Part shown: positions 40,201 to 49,778 of the stretch, piece after piece | Numbering within the stretch: the first letter of the stretch is position 1 | How the letters are laid out: each line of letters begins with the position of its first letter | Sequence record: OR608733.1 | Length of the DNA stretch: 64,000 nt | Strand: one strand, 5' to 3' | Translations under genes and position numbers: made by a program | The notes under the pieces: model-generated | Databases searched by the model: none | The model's input: the letters and a program-made list of their open reading frames with translations, nothing else | What the model was told of the DNA's origin: nothing

Positions 40201-40706
40201 TAATTTTCCTTAGGCCAGAATTTACAAGATACTTCATTATCTTTAAATTCAATAGCCCAACTACAGCAAGTGAAATTAGTTTTAAACTTAAATGTAGACG
40301 CTAATAGGTAATTAATTTGAGCCATTTGTAATAGCGTTAATTCACCATATACTTTCTCATCAATCAATACACCAGGTCTTTTATGTTTAATAACTAATTC
40401 ATTCAACTTAATATCTTGTTCAATATAGAGGTATTCCACTTCGCCTTTTTCTAGTATAGGCATGTCCCAAAGAATCAGACTAATCTGTTGTGTGAATTCC
40501 TCAATACTAGTTGTAATATCTAGTCCTTCATAACCTATCAATAGATTTATAAGTACTTGTAGACTAATCAGATTAACAGGTAAGTCTTTTAAATCGTCTT
40601 CTTTAATAGTTGTTCTAAAATAAACAGTACCATCTAAGTTTTTAACTAATAATCTATTTAATAGATGATTGACTTCTGATTTAATCTGATAATCCAGTTT
40701 GATCAT
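40200..40706 (-). CDS. Hypothetical protein (168 aa)
   Basis: AAGGAG SD, TAATG coupling to DHFR. Confidence 0.75.
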   Translation of the reverse strand: MIKLDYQIKSEVNHLLNRLLVKNLDGTVYFRTTIKEDDLKDLPVNLISLQVLINLLIGYEGLDITTSIEEFTQQISLILWDMPILEKGEVEYLYIEQDIKLNELVIKHKRPGVLIDEKVYGELTLLQMAQINYLLASTFKFKTNFTCCSWAIEFKDNEVSCKFWPKEN

Positions 40707-41265
40707 TAGCTAACTCCTTGAGTCTAGTCATGCCGTTACTAACTTCAATAATGTAACTAAAGTCAAAACTATATTTCATCATTTTGAATTCTTCTTTAAA
40801 GTTAGCGATATTTCCAGACAGAGCAATTTGTTCAAATCGACTAAAATCAGTGATAGTTTCATCAAACATTAGTTCTCTTGCAGTAATATCCGGATCATAA
40901 TTAGGATGATCAACTACAGTACCTTCATGATTTAAAGTACCTTGAAAATTCAAAGTCTTCTTAACATGGTCTACAGTTATTTTCCAGCTAGTCGCAATAT
41001 ACCGAGCTTTAACTAAATTAGGAGCATACCTGTAAATACACCATTGTAGTGGAGTGCCAACAGTTTGTGTGTCATGTGTGGCTTTTATAACTTTAATAAA
41101 ATTCTCAAGTTGATCAAATGTAACATTCCTAGTTACGCCATCACTAGTGGTTATATTAAGAGATGGTCGAAGACCAGTACCAAGATCATTGGTGATGATT
41201 ATATCCTCAACTAAAGCTTCATATAACTTTAGTCCTTCTTTTCTGGATCCAACATCATTGCCCAT
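40681..41265 (-). CDS. Hypothetical protein (194 aa)
   Basis: GAGGAAG SD. Confidence 0.75.
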   Translation of the reverse strand: MGNDVGSRKEGLKLYEALVEDIIITNDLGTGLRPSLNITTSDGVTRNVTFDQLENFIKVIKATHDTQTVGTPLQWCIYRYAPNLVKARYIATSWKITVDHVKKTLNFQGTLNHEGTVVDHPNYDPDITARELMFDETITDFSRFEQIALSGNIANFKEEFKMMKYSFDFSYIIEVSNGMTRLKELANDQTGLSD

Positions 41266-41618
41266 TGTTTAGCTTCCTCTTTTGTTACCAGTTGATAAAG
41301 TTTATTAAATTCACGTTGACGCATTAATTTGTAATCTAATATACGCCCATTATTTTTACGAATTAAAATAATAAAATCACCCGGACAGACAATTTTATCT
41401 TTATCTGAACCCACACGTAAAATACCATGACTAGATTCAGTTAGATTACATAATGGACAGATAGCATTACTAAGAGTAGACTCTTTAGTAGGTATAGCAT
41501 AACCAACAATAGCACCTTGGTTGATATTATTGATAACGCCATCACCAGGTATATCACCGTTCTTTTTCCATTCGATTGCTTCAATTGGATCGGTGTGTCT
41601 CGGTAGATAAAAAGACAT
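41229..41618 (-). CDS. Conserved phage protein with CxxC and VCPGD motif
   Basis: IEAIEWKKNGD...CPLC...HG...IVCPGDFII resembles a widespread phage SH3-like family. Confidence 0.7.
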   Translation of the reverse strand: MSFYLPRHTDPIEAIEWKKNGDIPGDGVINNINQGAIVGYAIPTKESTLSNAICPLCNLTESSHGILRVGSDKDKIVCPGDFIILIRKNNGRILDYKLMRQREFNKLYQLVTKEEAKQWAMMLDPEKKD

Positions 41619-41962
41619 TCTTAATTAACTCCGATAAATAATAGTAGTATAGTAAAAAGCACTTAGGTATATTTCTATTTTAAGCTATATTGCTGATAAA
41701 ATAAAACCTAAGGGTACATAGCGGGTTATTGTTTAAAGCTCTTAAATAGCACGGTAGAACGATATTGGACTATATAGCTGTAACCCTTATGGCACTAAGG
41801 CTACATAGGTTTTTAAGATAAAGATATCCAATGTACCATAATATGCTTTTACAATAGATCAACTAAATTCATTTAAAATGGGTCGTAAAAATACTTAGTT
41901 GATCTAAAGATATGTTGAATACTTTTTCACATGAACTTACGACTCACAATTGGAAATTAACA

Positions 41963-44251
41963 ATGTTAAAAACTATCATTAAACTAGACGGTACTGAAGA
42001 AGCATACTCACCTGCTAAGATTAATGGTTGGGGTGAATGGGCAGCCCAACATCTTGGCGATAAGGTGGATTGGAGTAGTGTTGTAATGGATGCTGTTCAA
42101 GCTCTTGGTGATAAAACTTCATCACAAGAACTACAATTACAACTTATTGAAGAATGTTTAAATCGTAAGACATGGTCTTATTATCTAATGGCTGGTAGAC
42201 TATATGCGATTTATCTTCGTAAGAAGTTCTATGGTCTAAATGGCATCCCAACTGTTAAAGCGCTTCAAACCAGGATGCGTAAAGATGGTATCATTGTTAA
42301 ATTAGATTATAGTAGTAAAGAATACGCTCAGATTGAAAAGATCATTGATCACGATCTTGACCTACTTTGTCCGCATTTTTCACTTCATCACATTCGTGGA
42401 AAGTATGCTCTACGTAATCGTAAAACTGGTCAAGAATATGAGACTGCCCAGTTTGTATATATGCGAATGGCAATGGCTCTAGCTGAAAAAGAGCCAGCTG
42501 AAACTCGCATGACCCATGTGGAGAATTACTATAAACTACTTTCTAATAAAATTCTTAGTGCGCCAACACCTAACTACGTTAACCTAGGTACTAAGCTTCG
42601 TGGTTTTGCATCATGTTGCCTATTTGCTTCTGGTGATAATGGTGTATCACTGGCAATGGGTGATTATATTGCTAACATCATGACCCAATCATCAGCAGGC
42701 ATTGGTGTTAACTTAATGACTAGGTCAATTGGTGATCCTATCCGTAATGGCCTAATCATTCACCAAGGTAAGAAACCATATATCGATGTAATAGGTAAAG
42801 CAGTAAGGGCTAACCTACAGAATGGTCGAGGTGGTGCTGTTACGTGTTACTACAGTGCTTTCGATCCTGAAGCAGATATGATTACTCAGCTACGTAATCC
42901 ACGTTCTACTGAGGATAGGAAGAACCGTGATCTTCACTATGCATTCCTAAGTAATAAGTTCTTTGCTAAGAAAGCGGCGCAGAAAGATGGCATGATCTTT
43001 GTATTCAATCCATTTACTGCACCAGATCTACATGAGGCTTTCTATAGTGGTAATATTGATAAGTTTATTAAGCTTTATGAAAAATATGAAGCAGATCCTA
43101 AATTTGAGAAAACCTATGTAAATGCTCGGGATCTTCTCAAATCAATGCTAGTTGAAGCATATGAGACTGGAACCATCTATTCAGCTCAAATTGATGAACT
43201 CAATCATCATACACCATTTAAAGAACCTATTTACAGTTCTAACCTCTGCCTTGAAATCGCAGAACCCACTAAGCCTTACTATCGAATGGAAGATCTTTAT
43301 TCTAGTGAGGATCATGGTCGCGGTGAAATTGCTACTTGTTCACTGGCTGCTATTGCAGTGGATAATGTTCCTGATAAGCAAACTTATGAAATGGCAGCTT
43401 ACTACGCACTTAAGATGATTGACTATTGTATCCTTAATGCAGAGTATGCTTTCCCACACCTTGCACTAACCGCTAAGAATCGAATGAGTGCTGGTGTTGG
43501 TATCATGGGTCTAGCTACGCATATGGCACGTGCTGGCCTTAAATATAGTAGCGATGCTGGTAAAGCTGAAATCCACTTCATTGCTGAACGGCATATGTAC
43601 TTCCTTATTAAGGCGTCACTTAAGATTGCTAAAGAACGTGGTAATGCGCCTTGGATTCATAAGACTAAATGGCCAGAGGGATGGACTCCACGTAAGACTT
43701 ATAATAAGTCAGTGGACACTATCATTGAAGGTGGTTTTGAAGAACTTTATCCATGGGATGAGCTAGAGAAAGAGATTAAGGAGAATGGTGGTATTGCACA
43801 CTCCGTACTAGCTGCATACATGCCGGGTGAGGCGTCATCTAAAGCACTAGGATCAACTAATGGTCCATATCCGGTACGTCGTCTAATTCTTAATAAGACT
43901 GATAATGGCGCACGTGTACTATGGGCTGCTCCATATGGAGATGATGATTCTTATGTGTATGAATCAGCTTATGATATCCCCACTAAAGATCTTATTGATT
44001 GCTATGCCATTATTCAAAAGTGGACTGATCAAACAATCAGTGCGGACCTCTATCGACGCATTGTAGGTTCTGAAAAGATCTCTTCTAATGAAATGCTAGG
44101 TAATCACTTCTACATGGTGAAACGTGGAATGAAAACCCGGTATTATGTAAATCTAGAAACAGCAGCAGGACTTGATATTAAATCACTTGAACGTGCTGTT
44201 GAGGTAACTAATGCCGAAGTTGGGTGTGCAGGCGGTTCGTGCACTCTTTAA
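41963..44251 (+). CDS. nrdA: Class Ia ribonucleotide reductase alpha subunit
   Basis: ATP-cone-like IIKLDG, SAPTP, SCCL, NLCLEI, MPGEASS, KTRYY, C-terminal CAGGSC; start refined to MLKTIIK. Confidence 0.95.
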   Translation: MLKTIIKLDGTEEAYSPAKINGWGEWAAQHLGDKVDWSSVVMDAVQALGDKTSSQELQLQLIEECLNRKTWSYYLMAGRLYAIYLRKKFYGLNGIPTVKALQTRMRKDGIIVKLDYSSKEYAQIEKIIDHDLDLLCPHFSLHHIRGKYALRNRKTGQEYETAQFVYMRMAMALAEKEPAETRMTHVENYYKLLSNKILSAPTPNYVNLGTKLRGFASCCLFASGDNGVSLAMGDYIANIMTQSSAGIGVNLMTRSIGDPIRNGLIIHQGKKPYIDVIGKAVRANLQNGRGGAVTCYYSAFDPEADMITQLRNPRSTEDRKNRDLHYAFLSNKFFAKKAAQKDGMIFVFNPFTAPDLHEAFYSGNIDKFIKLYEKYEADPKFEKTYVNARDLLKSMLVEAYETGTIYSAQIDELNHHTPFKEPIYSSNLCLEIAEPTKPYYRMEDLYSSEDHGRGEIATCSLAAIAVDNVPDKQTYEMAAYYALKMIDYCILNAEYAFPHLALTAKNRMSAGVGIMGLATHMARAGLKYSSDAGKAEIHFIAERHMYFLIKASLKIAKERGNAPWIHKTKWPEGWTPRKTYNKSVDTIIEGGFEELYPWDELEKEIKENGGIAHSVLAAYMPGEASSKALGSTNGPYPVRRLILNKTDNGARVLWAAPYGDDDSYVYESAYDIPTKDLIDCYAIIQKWTDQTISADLYRRIVGSEKISSNEMLGNHFYMVKRGMKTRYYVNLETAAGLDIKSLERAVEVTNAEVGCAGGSCTL

Positions 44252-44351
44252 GTGTATACACCCTCCCTTAATTGGGAGGGTGTTATTCCCAATTTATACT
44301 AACCTCTATTATTTATTGTAAGAAATATTTTTAAATTGTAAAGGAACTGAC

Positions 44352-45515
44352 ATGTCTACTAAATCACAACTACCAAAGAAAATCTTCAATGCGGCTAAGA
44401 GTGATTATCATCTACCAGAAATTATTCTTGGAGATGACCCAGGTCTACTAGATTCAATCCACACTCATTATCCTAAAATGTGGGACCTATATAAGCGTCT
44501 AAAAATGCTTGATTGGGATGAGTTAGAATTTGACTTTTCTACTTGTCTAGTAGAATTTGAAACATGTGATAAATCAACTTATGACATGATGATTAAGACA
44601 CTGGCGTGGCAATGGGAAGCTGACTCTGTAGCCAGTCGTTCCATTGTTAATATTCTATCACCTGTCATGACTGATTCACGAGTATGGGCAGGATATGTAC
44701 GTATTAATGATAATGAAGACGTACATGCTTTAACTTATTCTGAAATTGTACGTAATAGCTTTAAAGATCCTAAAGTTATTCTAGATGAAATTCTTAGGGT
44801 AGAAGAAGCACAAGAACGGATGGTTGCAGTAGCCCGCACTATGGGTGAAGCACATGACGCAGTTCACGCGTATGCTCTTAATCAGGTACCCAATGATCAA
44901 GAACTTTACAATAAGGTATTCATGTTCTTCATCGCTCTATATTTCCTTGAGCGTATTCAGTTCATGGCATCCTTTGCTGTGACTTTCGCTATTGGTCGCA
45001 CCGGTGCATTCCAGCAAATTGCAGCTGCTGTTAAGAAGATTGCCCAAGACGAATTCGAAATCCATGCGCAATATGGCCAAGAAGTTATTCGTGCACTACT
45101 AGCAACTGAACGTGGTAAACTCGCTTATAGTCAATGTAAAGATAAAATCATTGAACTACTATGGGAAATTGTAAAGACTGAAGTCACCTGGGTTAATTAT
45201 CTATTCTCTGAAGGTCGTGAACTAACTGGCGTTAATGCGACTAAACTTATTAACTGGGTACTTTTCAATGCTAATGCCGCAGCAACATTCCTAAGTGTTG
45301 AAAATGATATTGTAGAACAGTATCAAGTAGAGTTTAAAGAATCGGCTGGATTTGATTTTGTTTGGCCAGAGAAGAACCCACTTCTTTATATGGAAGACTA
45401 CCTAGATATTTCATCAACCCAAGCATCTCCTCAAGAAGAAGAGAAACCTGATTACATGGTTAACGTTGTGAATGATGTTGGCGAAGAAGAAGAATTCGAA
45501 GTGGATTTCATGTGA
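44352..45515 (+). CDS. nrdB: Class Ia ribonucleotide reductase beta subunit
   Basis: WEADS, NEDVHALTY (radical Tyr), LERIQFMASF, DEFEIHA diiron motifs. Confidence 0.93.
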   Translation: MSTKSQLPKKIFNAAKSDYHLPEIILGDDPGLLDSIHTHYPKMWDLYKRLKMLDWDELEFDFSTCLVEFETCDKSTYDMMIKTLAWQWEADSVASRSIVNILSPVMTDSRVWAGYVRINDNEDVHALTYSEIVRNSFKDPKVILDEILRVEEAQERMVAVARTMGEAHDAVHAYALNQVPNDQELYNKVFMFFIALYFLERIQFMASFAVTFAIGRTGAFQQIAAAVKKIAQDEFEIHAQYGQEVIRALLATERGKLAYSQCKDKIIELLWEIVKTEVTWVNYLFSEGRELTGVNATKLINWVLFNANAAATFLSVENDIVEQYQVEFKESAGFDFVWPEKNPLLYMEDYLDISSTQASPQEEEKPDYMVNVVNDVGEEEEFEVDFM

Positions 45516-45928
45516 TGAATAAATTAATTCTTGTACTATCCTTAGTACTCGCATCTATGATTCTTGAAGCCAGTGAAATTAAAACAACCACTAATGGGAT
45601 TATTAAACAAGTCGATTGCCAACTTGTAGCTAAAGATAATAGTATCGCTGGTGCAACTATTGGAGGTACCGTAGGAGCTGCTGCCGGTGCTGCGGTAGGT
45701 AAAGCACTTCTTGGTAAATCGGGTAGTTGGATTGGAGGTCTGATTGGTGGGGCAGTCGGCGGTGCTATCGGTAATAACATGGCTGCAACAGAAACTTACC
45801 AATGTAAGATGATCATTGAAGATCATGGTAAACTGTACATGAATCAAATCGTCACAAATAAGAAGTTAGAACCAGACATGTCTGTAACTATTGTAGAAAT
45901 GTCTGATGGTACCTACGAAATAATGTAG
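45512..45928 (+). CDS. Exported glycine-zipper protein (SlyB/2TM-like)
   Basis: Signal-like N-terminus, then GATIGGTVGAAAGAAVG...GGLIGGAVGGAIG GxxxG repeats. Confidence 0.75.
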   Translation: MMNKLILVLSLVLASMILEASEIKTTTNGIIKQVDCQLVAKDNSIAGATIGGTVGAAAGAAVGKALLGKSGSWIGGLIGGAVGGAIGNNMAATETYQCKMIIEDHGKLYMNQIVTNKKLEPDMSVTIVEMSDGTYEIM

Positions 45929-46013
45929 CCATAATGACCCTCCCTTAATTGGGAGGGTTTATGCTAACAATTCTATAGCACTCTTATTAACAGTCATCAA
46001 CGAGAGAGTAGAC

Positions 46014-47906
46014 ATGAATAAAATGCTAAACTTCCTAAACCGCACGCTATATAGCGGTACTGAAAAAGTATCTTCAAAAGCTACGCCGAGTCTAGAACAC
46101 TTTAAAACAAATGTTGAGCAAGTCGATAAAAAGATTCTACAACCCTTTAGTACTAAATTTAAAACCATTCTAAAAGAATGTTACAGTAATGAAGAGTGGG
46201 TTGAAGAACAGTCATTTATTGAAGAACCTATTGATCTTGGTTCAGCTGCACGCGGTCTTACCGAGCGCGGTATTATGCGTGGTGATTGGGGACGCTTAGC
46301 GCATTCCACTATTAAAGAAGCAGAAGGTATGATGCGTACTTATAGTGGTCGTCTAAATGAAGATATGGAGGCATCTGAAATTAATGAAGTAATTCAAGAT
46401 ATGCCTTATAACTTCACAGCTGGTTCAGCTAATACCAGTCGTTTAGAAGAAGATGATTCTATTTTTGTTGAGGCTGATACAACTGTAGTTGAACCTCTAT
46501 CTAAGCAGACTCTGCCAAAAGTAGCAGAGCTTACTAATCAATTAGTGGAAGTCTATAATCGAATTACCGAAGAATTTACAGAAACTGGTATTGCTAAAGT
46601 TGAACAAGTTGAGCAACCAGCAGTACTTGTAGCACTTGGTGAGATCATTAGTAGTTTTAATAAACTAATTGATTTATCGTGCGGTGCTCTACCAGTGGAA
46701 GAAACTGTTATTGTAGAAGAAGATCCGTTACCTGCTATTGTTACTGGTCCAACTACTGAACCCATTGATGGTGAAATCCCACCGGTTGATGCTATCAATA
46801 ATACCGCATTAGAAGAGTTTATTGAAGAAGTACTAAGTACTAATCCAGAATTTATTAAATACCAAAGTATGGGTGATAGTAATATTGATTCATATCTAAC
46901 TGGGGATGACTGGATTATACTAAAATTTAAAGATGGCTCTTATTATTTATACAATGCCCAAAGTGCTGGTGAAACGAATATAGAAATCATGAAAGATATG
47001 GCCGAAACTGGTAGTGGTCTTAATGGTTTTATAAATCGCGTTGTCCAGGGTGGCTATGTAGAGAAGACCATCGTTAATGAAATCGATAATAATCCCGGCT
47101 TTATGTATGTCTCAAATGAAGGTCTTATCGACACCATTAAGAGTATCTTCAACTCTGGCCCTGAGATCAATCTCGATAAAAAGAAGAAAGCTATTGCTAC
47201 GCTGAAAAGTACCTATGGTGACGCCAAATGGGTGGCAGAAGCAAAGCTTAAAACCGGCGAAGTAAAAGTATCGAGTTACGAGACGTTCGCGTCCAATGAT
47301 CCTAAGGCCGCAAAAGCCAATATCACTAATGCTGTAGCTAAAGCTGATCGTCACAACCAGAAAGTTCTAGATGAGAACAGTAAGATGCTAGCTCCCGTGG
47401 TTAATCTGTTCAAAGGGAATGATTGGCAAGACCCTAAGAAAGTCGCTACTCTTTTGGCCGAATGGAAACCTGATGTAAAGACAAACTTCCAAGAACCCAA
47501 ATGGCCCGATAATGCTGGTACTAAGATTAAGTTACTTGATGCTACCGGTATTGTGGAAGCAGCTAACGTTATCATTGATGTTCTGTCTAACAACACTAAG
47601 ACTATTGCGGACGCTTGGTTAGCCCAGTATCCTGACCTATCTGTCAATGGAGATATCTACAAACATAAGCTATCCACTATTAAAGATAAAGACGCTCTTG
47701 AGGACGTATATCTGCTGGCTAAACGGGCCGATAATATCATTCTTAACATTCATGCAGCGTACGACGATGCTAAGGTCGAATCTACCTATCGAGTATTTGC
47801 TATCGATATGTTGAAACTAATGCAAGCGTCTATCAGTAGCTTCCCAAGTGGTTCATCCGTAGAGAACACTAATGAACGCAATACGCTCATTGGTATTGAA
47901 GAATAA
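46014..47906 (+). CDS. Head/ejection protein (gp303-like), likely processed by prohead protease
   Basis: Internal VSNE-GLIDTIKSIF resembles the phiKZ S/A/G-X-E cleavage context; two LKxxYxxxxWVxE repeats; KTSC-like middle segment. Confidence 0.65.
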   Translation: MNKMLNFLNRTLYSGTEKVSSKATPSLEHFKTNVEQVDKKILQPFSTKFKTILKECYSNEEWVEEQSFIEEPIDLGSAARGLTERGIMRGDWGRLAHSTIKEAEGMMRTYSGRLNEDMEASEINEVIQDMPYNFTAGSANTSRLEEDDSIFVEADTTVVEPLSKQTLPKVAELTNQLVEVYNRITEEFTETGIAKVEQVEQPAVLVALGEIISSFNKLIDLSCGALPVEETVIVEEDPLPAIVTGPTTEPIDGEIPPVDAINNTALEEFIEEVLSTNPEFIKYQSMGDSNIDSYLTGDDWIILKFKDGSYYLYNAQSAGETNIEIMKDMAETGSGLNGFINRVVQGGYVEKTIVNEIDNNPGFMYVSNEGLIDTIKSIFNSGPEINLDKKKKAIATLKSTYGDAKWVAEAKLKTGEVKVSSYETFASNDPKAAKANITNAVAKADRHNQKVLDENSKMLAPVVNLFKGNDWQDPKKVATLLAEWKPDVKTNFQEPKWPDNAGTKIKLLDATGIVEAANVIIDVLSNNTKTIADAWLAQYPDLSVNGDIYKHKLSTIKDKDALEDVYLLAKRADNIILNIHAAYDDAKVESTYRVFAIDMLKLMQASISSFPSGSSVENTNERNTLIGIEE

Positions 47907-47925
47907 CTTACTGAGTATGTAATGA

Positions 47926-48063
47926 TATGTAGAAATAATCCCTCCCCCTTGTTTCTACATTAGTCATAATAGATCGGAGCCAGTCCCCCTTCCAACTGGC
48001 TCCCAGAGAGTAAAACTCTTTGCTGGGCATTAATGACGATATATCGCCTCCCTTCGGGGAGGC
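47926..48063 (+). ncRNA. Candidate sRNA with C-rich loops
   Basis: Own TATG promoter, perfect 9-bp stems 47927-35/47952-60 and 47976-84/47995-48003, third hairpin, closing stem, terminator 48046-48063; no ORF. Confidence 0.6.
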
Positions 48064-48126
48064 TTTATATTTTGTTTTTACGTATGTATATTAAAATATG
48101 TATAAACAACATAGAGTAATTATAAA

Positions 48127-48579
48127 ATGATCAAAAATGAACTTTTACCAGGGCTAATCTATGCCCAAAAAGAATTTGATAAAATTGCAGCTAATGTAAA
48201 AGACTATGATAAGTATAAAAGACGCGAAGCTGGTAGGGCAAGTGCCGTTTTAAGAAGTCTAGTGAGCAATATTGTAAATCAGAATAAACCATCCTCACTT
48301 GAACATGAAGGCAAAGTTAGTACTACTAATACTAATGAATATTTAGAAGAAGTTAATAATTACTTCTTTAACATTAATAATATTAAATTAATTTCTCCTA
48401 AACTCATAAAAGAGAAATTAACAATTGATCTAATGAATATTTATGTTAAATGGAATATGATTGGAGTGGCTGGCCGAAATGATGTTCCAATTATTGAACA
48501 CAGAATTAATGATTGGTGCGAAGTGACCGATGTCTACATTAATGGTAATAAGATAACTTCTTTACAATGGCCACGTTGA
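48127..48579 (+). CDS. Hypothetical protein (150 aa)
   Basis: Track ORF, GAG SD. Confidence 0.75.
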   Translation: MIKNELLPGLIYAQKEFDKIAANVKDYDKYKRREAGRASAVLRSLVSNIVNQNKPSSLEHEGKVSTTNTNEYLEEVNNYFFNINNIKLISPKLIKEKLTIDLMNIYVKWNMIGVAGRNDVPIIEHRINDWCEVTDVYINGNKITSLQWPR

Positions 48580-48637
48580 ATTTAAAATAAGTTGTAATAA
48601 AATACCTAGCATTACATGTTATGTATTGAAGCACAAT

Positions 48638-48722
48638 GCCCGAATGGTGAAATTGGTAAACACAGAAGACTTAAAATCTTCCGGCTACGGTCTTGTCGGT
48701 TCGAATCCGACTTCGGGCACCA
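48638..48722 (+). tRNA. tRNA-Leu(UAA)
   Basis: 85-nt cloverleaf, anticodon loop CTTAAAA, long variable arm, GGTTCGAAT, encoded CCA. Confidence 0.95.
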
Positions 48723-48731
48723 ATTTAAATA

Positions 48732-48807
48732 CGGAGTGTAGCGCAGTTGGTAGCGCGCCTGCTTTGGGAGCAGGATGTCGGGAGTTCGAGTCTCCCCACT
48801 CCGACCA
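48732..48807 (+). tRNA. tRNA-Pro(UGG)
   Basis: 76 nt, loop TTTGGGA, encoded CCA. Confidence 0.95.
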
Positions 48808-48828
48808 TTTTAATAATAGGTAAATAGG

Positions 48829-49122
48829 ATGGATAATAAATGGATATCATGGGAACATCAAATTATAGGAACAGCTCTTTACGCTATTCTTAGTGACCCT
48901 GAATTAACTAATATTCAATTAGCTCAAGGCTTACACTATCTAACAGAAGCAAAGTCTTCTGTATTACATGTTTGTAATAACCATATTACATTCACTGTAA
49001 CCTATCCACATGGCACATTTAGAACCAATGTAATTAGAGAGTGCCCTGCTAGTGATACAAATACATTCAAATGGTCAGGTGTATTAGTCCGTCAAAAAGA
49101 TGGAACATTCTTACCAGAATAA
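48829..49122 (+). CDS. Hypothetical protein (97 aa)
   Basis: Track ORF between tRNAs. Confidence 0.7.
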   Translation: MDNKWISWEHQIIGTALYAILSDPELTNIQLAQGLHYLTEAKSSVLHVCNNHITFTVTYPHGTFRTNVIRECPASDTNTFKWSGVLVRQKDGTFLPE

Positions 49123-49129
49123 ATAAAAA

Positions 49130-49206
49130 GGGCCTATAGCTCAGTTGGTTAGAGCAGGCGACTCATAATCGCTTGGTCGCAGGTTCAAGTCCTGCTGGGC
49201 CCACCA
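49130..49206 (+). tRNA. tRNA(CAU), most likely tRNA-Ile2 (lysidine) rather than Met
   Basis: 77 nt; GGCGACTCATAATCGCTTGGTCGC matches the gammaproteobacterial ileX-type arm. Confidence 0.8.
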
Positions 49207-49258
49207 TATACTAGCCTCCCACTTGGGGGAGGTTTTATACTGTCTCATTGAGGAAAAC

Positions 49259-49480
49259 ATGAATACAGTAATAATGTTGGTATTATCTATCAAAGTTGGA
49301 TTATTTGGTTTCATTTCGACTAATGAAAGTAATATCCTATTTGAAAATAGGGAACAGTGTATTTCTCATCTGGATATTCTGGAACATAAATACAAGTCTC
49401 TTGAAGTTATTCGAAATGAGAATACTCTAAAGATAACCGAAAGAGATAACCATTCTATTTATATTTTTAAATGTCTCTAG
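49259..49480 (+). CDS. Small exported/membrane protein (start refined to MNTVIML)
   Basis: GAGGA SD, hydrophobic N-terminus. Confidence 0.65.
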   Translation: MNTVIMLVLSIKVGLFGFISTNESNILFENREQCISHLDILEHKYKSLEVIRNENTLKITERDNHSIYIFKCL

Positions 49481-49488
49481 GAAAATAC

Positions 49489-49776
49489 ATGGAACATCAA
49501 GAACAAAAAGAACTATTGAGACAACCATTACAAACACTTTATAATCTTACTTTTAGTCCCCGTTTACGTAATGGAGCGAAGGCTCCCGATTGGATTCACC
49601 TGACCGATGAAGTAACCCTATTCCCAAACGGATTAGATATTACAATCAACGCTGTTACACGTTGCATCAAATGGGAACTTATCGGCGAGGATGTAAGTAA
49701 CATTACTTATGTTGAAGCTATGTTCTTTAATAAAGGTCTTAAAGCAGTTAAAGCCTATCTCAAACATACGGAGTAA
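49489..49776 (+). CDS. Hypothetical protein (start refined to MEHQEQ)
   Basis: AGGA SD upstream of 49489. Confidence 0.7.
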   Translation: MEHQEQKELLRQPLQTLYNLTFSPRLRNGAKAPDWIHLTDEVTLFPNGLDITINAVTRCIKWELIGEDVSNITYVEAMFFNKGLKAVKAYLKHTE

Positions 49777-49778
49777 AT

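Noticed and set aside
41765-41781. NrdR box upstream of nrdA
   Set aside because: Only an 8-bp CTATATAG palindrome matches; too weak in AT-rich DNA.
26492-45515. Introns or inteins in terL, nrdA or nrdB
   Set aside because: All three are uninterrupted, of normal length, with motifs in the expected order.
48626-48823. 65-aa plus-strand ORF in the track
   Set aside because: Overlaps tRNA-Leu and tRNA-Pro; spurious.
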